In this document: piece by piece, positions 10,743 to 20,000 of the stretch | Layout: every line of letters begins with the position of its first letter | Position numbering within the stretch: the stretch's first letter is position 1 | NCBI GenBank assembly: GCA_910592345.1 | Contig: CAJVPI010000035.1 | Coordinates: 53,247-73,246 of the forward strand | Length of the DNA stretch: 20,000 nucleotides | Origin: Paraglomus brasilianum | Lineage: Eukaryota | Direction: 5' to 3' | The notes under the pieces: model-generated | Database searches by the model: none | The model's input: only the letters and a program-made list of their open reading frames with translations | What the model was told of the DNA's origin: nothing | Made by a program: the position numbers and the translations under genes

Positions 10743-13349
10743 AAGTTGATTGATAATCATTGATTAGCTTTTACTTGAATAAACAAGATATATATAATTA
10801 GATTGATTAGCAATAGGGAGATCCAAATATCAGGGGAGGAATAACGAAAGATTTGAATTATTAATGCCTATTCAACGCTATCATTTACGGATATATTGCG
10901 CAACTCTTATTTGTCATTTTAGGTATTATCCTTAAAACGATACATTATTGTCTTCAAATGTTTGTGTTTGTGACAACATTTTAGGTTTAATTGAGAAGAT
11001 CGACGAGATATAAAATAGATCGAATAGGAACGAATTGATTTATGTAATCGCTACATTTAGCTATTTCTGGGATGTAAATAATCGTCACAGCATTAACATG
11101 CAAGGGAAAGAAGAAGTTTGCATTGTCACTGTTTTGGCGCATGATTAACTGCGGACAATCAGCCACTAAGATGTTTCAAACTTACAGATGACAATGACGC
11201 CGCCCAATTAACGAAATAGACTCGCAGGCAATTGACTTCCAAACTGTCCCATCTCTGTCGAATCTTTCTCTCTTTGTACCTCTCACTCGGTTATTGCGTT
11301 TCAATGTTAATATTTATTCACCGTTTTTAATCCTATGATCTACAGGGGTGTAATGTGGCACAAAATTCTTTGGCGCGGTTTGGTTTAAAAATAACAACGA
11401 ATAAAGTCAGCGACAAGTCACATGTGACGCATGAGATCATACTATCTCGGATTATTCGGATTATCATCAACCTTGTTCGATAGGTAGGAGTTATTTGCAT
11501 CCATTTTAGTAGAATTAATCATTTCGTTCTACCGTCCCTATCATTTACCGAACATGCTAATCAGATCTCCATTCGAAATAGAGTTTATCACGTACGCCAT
11601 ATTCTTTTTTATGCAAGATGTCGACACGGCAGATATCATTGTCCTTCGCAACCGATTATATATAACAATATTGCCTTTAAAAAATGCTAGAGTCTTCTTA
11701 ACGGTAAAACAATGTATCGAAGGGTCTCGTTCATCGACTGTTTGTGTCGACCATCGAGAGATCCATATAACCGCCAGATCGTACGCCCGTTATGATTTGG
11801 CCTGTTTCCTCTCAATCCGCACCCGTTCTTCTTTGCACTGGGGCCCACTTTAAGAATTGCTACGTGTCACGAACAAGAGAGGGAAAAGTCATCTGCATCC
11901 TGAAACCCTCCTTCTTCTCACGCATCGAGACAAATGTAGCAGGTGCTTACGTGCATCAGGTCATGTATAACTTGCGAGAGTAAGTAAATCTGTTTCAATT
12001 TATTGTCTCTAATCATTTAAGCAATCAATTAATTTAACCGGATACAAACGTGAAGTCACGGTAATGAGTGGTCAAACAATTAAGTCCATCACACCATATC
12101 ACACCAGGCCGCGAGATCAACACATGCCTCCTAATAGTTAATAGTAACGCCCCTTGTGCCTACCCAAATCCAAGACAACATTCCTGTCAAGCATAAGAAT
12201 TTGTCGTACCAACTTTATCGGTGTCCTTCATCCCCTACATTTTCCCCAAATTGTTACGACATTCCACTTTGAACTTGATAGACAGGAATATGTACTATAA
12301 TGGCTGTGAGCGAAGGGGGTGATGGATTGGCATATCGAATAAAGCGTTAGGCAGAAAATTGGGCAATAGGTTAGTTGCATTTACATGATTGAACAAGTCG
12401 CAGGACTAGGATGTTGGGTTGAACGGCAAGTGGACGATAAAAAAAAATTGAACTACAGTAAAGGGAAGAGGGTGGTTAGAGTAAGTTTGTTCGATCATTG
12501 TGTATGCGTGCGATGAGTTGGAGATAAATTGAAGATGGAAGAGAGAGATGCATATCTGTCCACCGAGTTTATAACTACAGCTGATAAGAGTGTGAATGGA
12601 CTTTTTGTAGAGTAGAAGTAACGAATATACGATACGAGTGTGAGTTTATCAAACATGATTTGCCTTTCTGTGAGCATAGGTTAGTATGAGTGACGGCGAA
12701 GTTATAGTAATACTAACTCAACACAGTTGACCTTACACTTAAATAAGCACAGGGAAGGGGCGAGCAGACAAAACTTTTGTCGTAACTTTGTAACCAACAA
12801 TCAATTGAAATGCTGGGTGATTATTGTTTCGTTGTTTTTAGTTGAGTTTCTGCTAAGATAAACCGATGCGGAAAAATTCAGACATGCATCGCTAATGCAC
12901 ATACTAATACTATTGCGGAATGACATTTCTTTTGTGCTTCTTGCCTGAATTCTACCTCACCTATTAATTTGGGTCACGAACCTGTCAAAGTTTACAAGCA
13001 TTGAAATAAATAACATGTAATAAAACACTGACAATTATGGTAAACCTCCAGATCGTGGGTGACAATACCTTCCCCAAGCAAGCCTTTTGACAACTATTAG
13101 GTTCACAAGACTCAAGTGAATTAGCTAGGCTCAGCGGCCTATACATGATCGATGGTATGTTCTAGCCCAAGTTGATATGATTGTGACCAGTTAGTGGTAA
13201 CACGTGCGTGCCCTTAATCATTGTTTTCATAATGCGTTAGCGCGTTAATCTTGATGGACTGTTGTATTGAGAAACCGTTGATGCGGCTATAATACCATCA
13301 AATTACTATAGAAGTTTTGTGAAGCTCCTCACAGATGATGATTATTAAC

Positions 13350-13695
13350 TGGATTTTTGACTACCATGCACCAGTACACGAATTTGTAAATTCATGTCCG
13401 ACCACTCCATCAATAACTTTTGAGGTTTTATATGAATCAGCATCAGTTGAACCTCCACCATTAAAGAGAGCAATGTGAGTAGCATTTTCATGAATATCTG
13501 TGGAATTCTGTGAGACATAAATCATAATATCATTGCCGTATTTCTTTTACTATTAATTTTTTTAGATCAGATTTATCAGGAGAATGTAACATTTTCATGT
13601 AGGGCTTCAATTTGTCTTGTGCAAGATGTTTATGGAATTTCGTTTAACATTGTGTTTCCTTATATTGACACTCTTTTTCTTCTTAAACTAGCCAT
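13350..13695 (-). pseudogene. Probable remnant of an A32-like (FtsK/HerA superfamily) DNA-packaging ATPase of Polinton/virus-like origin
   Basis: Open stretch 13519-13361 reads YVSQNSTDIHENATHIALFNGGGSTDADSYKTSKVIDGVVGHEF. Upstream frameshifted pieces include ENVTF and NSKRNTAMI (Walker B-like position). Walker A is not seen. Confidence 0.5.
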
Positions 13696-15850
13696 ATTAA
13701 TATTTGCATGCACATTCCGACGTGTCAAACGTGTCAGTCCTACGGCGGATTCTCACCACATCCACATTATTGGTATTAATTACGTGGGTCAACGAACCCT
13801 AGAAACAGGCTCCGACTATCGAGAAAAGGCTTCTTAGAGTTAACAAGCTAAGTTTCAAGATCATTTAATCACTCTCTCACATTAACTGGCGCGAATACAT
13901 CACAACAAACTTACAGATTAACACCTTGCCGACAAAATGTGGTTTAGAAAATTAATCAGACGAAGGAGAACGCCGGATTGTTTTCATTAAATTGAACATC
14001 GAACAGTTAATAGGCGAATATTAATTAGTTATATAGCAGCAGAGTTAATATTATATTATTGTTACTGATTCTCTATATTATTCCGCTACATAAATTCTGA
14101 TCTGACATACAACAAACAGTACTCTATCGCGTTATGATCACGAGATGACATAGCATGCTGTTGCAGAAACGAGGTCTACTTTCTTGCACCGCATATTAAT
14201 ATGCCAAAGTTCGTCAGTCGGTTATTAATAGCATAGATAATTAATCCATCATCAAGAATACGAAACGTATGCTGAGCTTAAGATTATACAATTGTTCTTT
14301 CATTCTTTAACATACAGAATATCTAATAATTAGGACACTTGCCATTACTATCTGACCTGTTTACGTACATACCACAGGCTTCTTAGTGTGACCCGAAAAC
14401 ATTAAGGTAAAAGTTAATAACCTCCTGGAGTTGTCATATTCAACTACGGTAAAGTACCACCAAAATTGTCGAGCACTACTTACTAATTGCCTGCTTATTT
14501 AGTGATAGACATGACCCTCTATTCTGTTGTAAATACTGCATAATCCCTCGTCTTAAAAGAATCGTGATTTTACTCTGAAGAGGGTAACGTATAGGAGCGT
14601 AACAACTGTTACTATAGCAATTCAGACTCTTTAGTCAGTCGTGTATAGACCAAGTACAAGGCTGTAATTTCACATATTGTTAAGATGCGAATATATATAT
14701 CGCAAACCAACTTTGATGCTCGTGAGCCCATTTTCTAATAAGGCTTATGTTCGATACATAAAGATCTTGGAGAGTTTATTAATCTCATGGCATGGCCTCA
14801 CACAATCCAAAAAATCGAATCCTTATGTCGTAATGCAAGTGACTTCATCGGGAGATACCTGAACAACGTGATTCTTAATTAATTGTGCAGCGATATTTTA
14901 TCGTAACCAGCTTTATAATTCGATAGTTGTAGGCCAAAGTAAATAAGATGTGACACAAAGAATATATTGATGAGAGAAGGGATAACAGAGAGTAGTCTAG
15001 AATGACATAATACAAACTGTGATTCCGAAAAGTATCCATGTACAGTATTGATAAGCGTTTTAATAAAACCGTAGACTCAAACTCTATAAGATTTGAATTC
15101 TGTTATCGCCGAGCATCATCTGTTAAAAAAGTACATCGATCAAAACCAAAACTTGTAAAGATTGATACGTCACTTGAATTAGTTCAATCTCAAGCCACAA
15201 GTTCGGAGACATATGCCTTATAAGTTAGATATTTTCGCCTTCTTTTGTATCAAAGTTTGTATGATTTCCGGTCATCCCAAGTCCTTGACGCTCAAATGTG
15301 ATCATCGTAAAGACACCAAAAAGATTGTTGCATTATATCCTATTAAAGCGACCGAAACGTATAGCTTGAAATAACAATAGAGCACATGATAGTGACAAAT
15401 AACTGTTAAAGTGTCGTAAAAACTTGTTTCGAAAGATTGTATACAGATTATAACGTCCTAAGCCACTTTCGCATTCAGTACAGACGGTTTCTTCATTGTC
15501 ACTTTATCGTTAATATCTCTTCAAGCTTAGGCAGCAGTGAGTGGGGTAATATGGACGGGCACCGGACAATAAACAGCGGTTCTTTTAAAAAACAGAATAA
15601 ACAAAGAGTAAGCAAGATAAAATATAACGTTTAGAAGCAATGTAACAAGCAAACGAGCCGATAAAGGGCCTTGTAAAGGACTAAAAGCTATACTTGGTAT
15701 AAAAGTAACAAACGCGCTGATAAGTTTAAAGGAGTGTTACTAAAATTAGCAATTTTGATTTTCTGCAAATTTATGCAATTGTGCTGGAGACAACGAATAC
15801 GCTTTCAAGAAGTGACACAGAAAAGGGGTGTGAGTAAACAATGTCCGTGC

Positions 15851-15922
15851 ACGAGTAAATACGGCTTGTACTATACGAGTAAATACTGCTTGTCATGTAC
15901 GAGTAAATACTGCTTGTCAGTG
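15851..15922. repeat. 24-bp tandem repeat, 3 copies
   Basis: ACGAGTAAATAC(G/T)GCTTGT... starting at 15851, 15875 and 15899. Confidence 0.92.
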
Positions 15923-16037
15923 TTCTTATGCTTAAATACAACCCTTTTGCAAAGTTACCTGTCTTGGCATGACGGTAAACTGCCGCCTTTACAAAAAATA
16001 CAAACGAGACGTTTGATATTATGAAAGTCCTAAACAT

Positions 16038-16098
16038 TATTTTGTTACCTCAACGTGGTAAGTGGGGGGGGGGGGCGTCAAAACGGCGAAGAGCAGCA
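16038..16098 (+). ncRNA. Degenerate HDV-like ribozyme copy
   Basis: P3 ACC / L3 TCAACGT / P3' GGT, then AAGTGGG running into poly-G, a short P4 (CGTCAAAACG), J4/2 GCGAA and P2' GAGCAGCA. The P1 and P2 5' strands are eroded. Confidence 0.6.
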
Positions 16099-16913
16099 TG
16101 GCTAAGGAAAGTAACATAGTGGACACATAAGTCGGGAGACAAAACAAATAAAACACGCGTATTTAATTGCGAAGCAAACCTACTATTCCCTGTCCTCAGC
16201 ATGAACGGTAAACTGCCACAACGATATTATCAACTGGTAAGTTGGGTGAATTATACAAGTCTAGTTAGTAGTTTAACATACATGATGAATGTCTGTAAAC
16301 CAGTTATAATCATGGTGGATAGAAAGTTCTTCATTGCTCAAGGAGTTAAGTCCCGTAGGTTGTGTTTTACATTACGTATTACACAATTGTAGATAGAAGT
16401 TCTTCGCCATCCAAAGGTTGTAACTGCGTTTTAGTAGTTGGAAATGTTGAAACGCGTTGATAGCACCGTTGGCGGGTCATCAGAGGGAGGTGGAGGGTGG
16501 CATATGCAGAACAATGAGTAAAGGCAATTTATGATATCTGCATGTGCTGGTTGATCCGCGTTCATACGTTTCTACTCAATGTCTATGTTGAAATGTGTTC
16601 CCAGGCGGAAGCATTTGTAATATATTACTTATGCTATACGCTGGTCGCATATCCATACATTAAAGACATCAGATTTTTACAGATAATAATGTCAACTTTT
16701 GATTTCAGAAACCGTAATAACTAAAAATTTTTACTATTAACATTAGACGATGGATGTAAAAGATGTAGATATCGCTCTTGTGCTTTGACGCTTTTAACAG
16801 CGGCATTCGGAGGGACATTCACAGACGACTGTCACTGATCAAAGACTTTATCAAGTGATTATAGCGAGTATTCGCAAAAAACAAATTACGTCTGTGTGGG
16901 ACAATTCCCTATT

Positions 16914-16990
16914 CCCGCTCGATGTGCTGCCACCTCAGCGTGGTGGGCGGGTGACAACGTCTGTTAATATAGACGGCTAAGAGCAGCACA
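16914..16990 (+). ncRNA. HDV-like self-cleaving ribozyme (complete nested double-pseudoknot fold)
   Basis: P1 CCCGCTC(16914-20)/GGGCGGG(16945-51); P2 TGTGCTGCC(16923-31)/GAGCAGCACA(16981-90, one bulged A); P3 ACC/GGT with L3 TCAGCGT; P1.1 CA(16936-37)/TG(16952-53); J1.1/4 ACAA; P4 CGTCTGT-TAAT-ATAGACG; J4/2 G-C-TAA with the catalytic-C equivalent at 16977. Confidence 0.8.
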
Positions 16991-17087
16991 AACACAGGTT
17001 GGTGAACATTGAGTTAATATTTTGAAGTTGACTAGACGTCTTTTTATCACTCTTGTAGGTGATGACAATAACAGCGATGTCAGATGC

Positions 17088-17116
17088 AAAAAAAAAAAAA
17101 AAAAAGAAAAAGAAAA
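17088..17116 (+). repeat. Poly(A) tract (A18 followed by GAAAAAGAAAA), possible retroposition tail
   Basis: Directly visible, about 100 nt downstream of the ribozyme. Confidence 0.7.
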
Positions 17117-17147
17117 GGCTACACTTGTTCTATGGATTGACGTGGTA

Positions 17148-17488
17148 AGTGGTAGTAAGTATTATATTATCTTTATAGCGGCGAGTATTCCACGAGCGAT
17201 AGCGGATACTTCATACCTGCGTACGGGAATACTATTTACGCCATGCGGCAGTTTACGTTGCCATGCGGGTGAGTTGTTCCCCATGCGGCAGTTTCCTTTT
17301 GCCAAGAACGTGGTAAGTGGGTGGGGTGGTAGTAGTGGTAGTAAGTATTATATTATCTTCATAGCGGCGAGTATTCCACGAGCGATAGCGGATACTTCAT
17401 ACCTGCGTACGGGAATACTTTTACGCCATGCGGCAGTTTACGTTGCCATGCGGGTGAGTTGTTCCCATGCGGCAGTTTCCTTTTGCCA
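17148..17488. repeat. Near-identical tandem duplication (period 186 bp) rich in hairpins
   Basis: 17148-17304 and 17334-17488 differ at only a few positions; a partial third copy of the unit start lies at about 17543-17569. Confidence 0.95.
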
Positions 17489-18264
17489 TGAACTACTAAT
17501 TGATTTACGTTTATTAGTACCAGAAGATACTTGTTACGCGGAAGTGATAGTAAGTATTATATTATCTTTGCCGTAAACTATACTAATCGATTTACGGATT
17601 TATCACTAATTAGGAACGTAGAGTAGTTATACAGGATGCAAAAATAATCATCATTATATGAATAAATTTTCGGACAGTTAGTTGTTAATCTTGTTCTCCC
17701 GGAGTCAATTGCTTAATGTACAGTATGCCACGTCACATAATTCTGTTAGTTATAAAAAATCAGGCCCGAGTCCACTCTGTCGTACCAGCAATGCAGGAGA
17801 ACCATTAACTGAGATTTAGTCGCATGCTCAAATACAATAATAAATTCGACTTAAATTGAGATGATTCTCAGTTAAACGGAGCGGAGGAATTATCAATGTA
17901 AGAAATGTAAGAAGTAATTAGCTTTACAGCTTATCGCGACTTTACATATGTCGATCGACTATCAAATTCACCTAAAATAATTACCAAATTTGGACAATGT
18001 CTTTGATATAAACGATAATTTAATAATCAGCGAAGCAAACTAAAATTTTATTCTCGAGAAAAAAAGGAAGATCATCGCCAGCTATTGTTTTGTTGTTGGT
18101 TAACTCGGCCGCGCATTTTTCTTGTAAACACGTACAGCGTCAAGACATAAATCGGTTATGCATAACAACGGTCGCATCATTGGCAAAGAAGACTAACTAA
18201 CATCTTGCAGAAGGTATGAAAAAGAGTAAACATTCACTCCAAAACTGTAACCAGCCATGAACTC

Positions 18265-18580
18265 TTGCTGTACGAGCATGACGTACACTTGTTACAAGCA
18301 TGACGCAAACTTTTCGTGACGTATTTAATTTTGCTTGTACGAGCATGACGCAACGCTTGATGATGTACACTTTTTGTGACGTATTTCATTCTGTTATAAG
18401 CATGACGCACACTTTTCGTGAATTTTACTTGTACTAACATGACGTAAAGTTTGTGATGTATAGTATGACGTATACTTTTTGTGACGTATTTCATTCTGTT
18501 ATAAGCAAGAAACGTAAACTAAAATACGTCACAACGTTACCTCATGTTCGTATGAATAAACGTCTGCTTAAAAAGTGTAC
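18265..18580. repeat. ACGT-rich repeat array, probable subterminal repeats at the 3' side of the pogo element
   Basis: Recurrent GCATGACGTACACTT and TTTTGTGACGTATTT; a ~36-bp block at about 18367 and 18472; an inverted copy AAATACGTCACAA at 18522-18534. Confidence 0.85.
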
Positions 18581-18659
18581 TTTACATTACATAGACGTTT
18601 TGCTGCTTGCAAGCACAAAACTAATTACTTGACGTTTCAATCGTATATAACTCAATTCA

Positions 18660-19545
18660 TTCTCGTCGTATACAGCTATCAGCAAGTGAATTATTTTATA
18701 CCGCTCTTCAATCTCTTCAACAATTTGGTTAATTATTATTATTTGCTAATACGTCTCTATCGATATTTTGACCCATGTTACAAGTGTCTCGTAGGACGCT
18801 TCAATTTTTCAGTATGCGTATATTCTCTTCATCTATCATCCAAAGCAGTATACAGTATCTCTTTTGCATCTAAATAAAGGTAAAATAAATATGGTAATCG
18901 ACTATGACTATTAAGGTTACAGTCTTGATGCCAAACTCCAAGAATTAAACGAATCATAACTAACAGTGACCGTGGTTTTAACGTTTATTCCAAATATAGT
19001 CAATCCACCGTTTTATTCATACACCAATTAGAGTTTGCTCGCACAAAATACATCCTTAAAATAAGTAACGGAGGAGTTTTGTTTCATCGGTGGAATGCAC
19101 TGTACGAGTGCCACATTCATCAATCCGTCAACTTATTTGTGAGTGAACATAAATGACTCTTTGTCAGAATACTTATCAACCCATTCTTTTCGTTTCACCA
19201 GTTCATTTGCAGCATATACTCAAGTCTTTTCTATCCAAGAGACAATAAATTGCTCTAATTCAGGAAACCTCGTTTTTCGCCCAAACTCCAAACGGTTTTA
19301 TGTACTCTTTCATTACTACCTACCACACCTTCTCCCACACGTTCTGGTTCCGCTTTTACGAGTCCTACACCCCCTCCTCTTCCACTACCCTTTCAACATT
19401 ACAACCCTCCCTTTCACCTTTGCTTACATCAATATCTCCTCCAGTCATAAATTCAATGTTAAATTTGGAAGCTGCAAAACCTACTTTCTCTGAGTATAGA
19501 ATAATTGCTAGTTTTTTCAGTGCGTTCCAACATCGGCGCTTTTCT
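18660..19545 (-). mobile_element. Degenerate pogo-like (CENP-B HTH + DDE_1) DNA transposase
   Basis: Collinear broken motifs: KRRCWNALKKLAIILYSEKVGFAASKFNIE (N-terminal HTH); GRKTRFPELEQFIVSWIE (CENP-B/Tc5 HTH); FMFTHK*VDGLM; GTRTVH; DETKL..LLI; VRANSNWCMN; RWIDYIWNKR; PRSLLV..DSF; EYTHTEKLKRP. Confidence 0.85.
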
Positions 19546-19587
19546 CAGTGATGGTATCTCTTTGAACGTAACCGGCATGAAAGTTCG

Positions 19588-20000
19588 TACGTCACGAAAA
19601 GTGTATGAAGTAGACGTAACGTCATGCTTGTACGAGAATGACGTACACTTTTTGTAACGTATTTTATTCCACGCTTCGAGAACGACGTAAACTTATTACA
19701 AGCATGGCGTGTATTTAATTTTTGTGACGAAGTAGACGTAACGTCAGCTTGTAGAGAATGACGTACACTTTTTGTGGCGTATTTTATTTAGACGAACGTC
19801 ATGCTTGTACGAGAATGACGTACACCTTTTATGACGTATTTATTCCACGCTTCGAGAACGACGTAAACTTATTACAAGCATAGCGTGTATTTAATTTTTG
19901 TGACAAAGTAGACGTAACGTCATGCTTGTAGAGAATGACGTACACTTTTTGTGGCGTATTTTATTTAGACGAACGTCATGCTTGTACGAGAATGACGTAC
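19588..20000. repeat. Tandem array with 176-177 bp period built from 26-bp near-palindromes; runs off the window end
   Basis: ACGTCATGCTTGTACGAGAATGACGT at 19619, 19796 and 19973, with variants between; CCACGCTTCGAG at 19669 and 19845. Same motif family as 18265-18580. Confidence 0.93.

Noticed and set aside
11417..11428. 12-bp palindrome GTCACATGTGAC
   Set aside because: Isolated, with no linked gene; about expected by chance in 20 kb.
14680..15330. Protein-like fragments (e.g. DLGEFINLMAWPHTIQKIESLC; FGFDRCTFLTD)
   Set aside because: Possibly decayed coding sequence, but I cannot assign a family or strand with confidence.
13679..15763. Peptide LLKLAILIF encoded at both about 13679 and 15737 with different codons
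   Set aside because: Only 9 residues, made of AT-rich-codon amino acids, with no flanking similarity; the first is antisense to the ATPase remnant. Most likely chance.
16440..16490. CTGATGA hammerhead-like core on the minus strand (also near 1992, and at 791 on +)
   Set aside because: No stem II plus GAAA in appropriate spacing.
17022..17576. 184-aa ORF with internal repeat
   Set aside because: TTG start, reads through the poly(A) tract and tandem duplication, and changes frame between copies; not a credible protein.
19143..19551. Two + strand ORFs (116 and 83 aa)
   Set aside because: Antisense shadows of the pogo transposase remnant.
18234..20000. CRISPR-like appearance of palindromic repeats
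   Set aside because: The intervening sequences are themselves repeated, there are no cas genes, and the context is eukaryotic.

Overview
AT-rich eukaryotic genomic DNA, most likely fungal and Glomeromycotina/Mucoromycota-like (inferred from the kinase family and short GT-AG intron). There are two intact intronless genes: a Pho80/Pcl5-type cyclin (287-1084, +) and a polyQ Zn(II)2Cys6 transcription factor (8250-9692, -). The rest is largely decayed sequence: a TKL-type kinase pseudogene, an IS630/Tc1-like transposase remnant, a probable A32-like viral packaging ATPase remnant, and a pogo-like transposase flanked by palindromic ACGT-rich arrays. The most striking signal is a complete HDV-like (nested double pseudoknot) ribozyme fold at 16914-16990 with an unusual P1/P1.1. 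It is followed by a poly(A) tract and surrounded by at least four degenerate copies inside ~186-230 bp repeat units, which suggests a small non-coding ribozyme-bearing retroelement family. Family assignments come from motif recall only; no database search was run.
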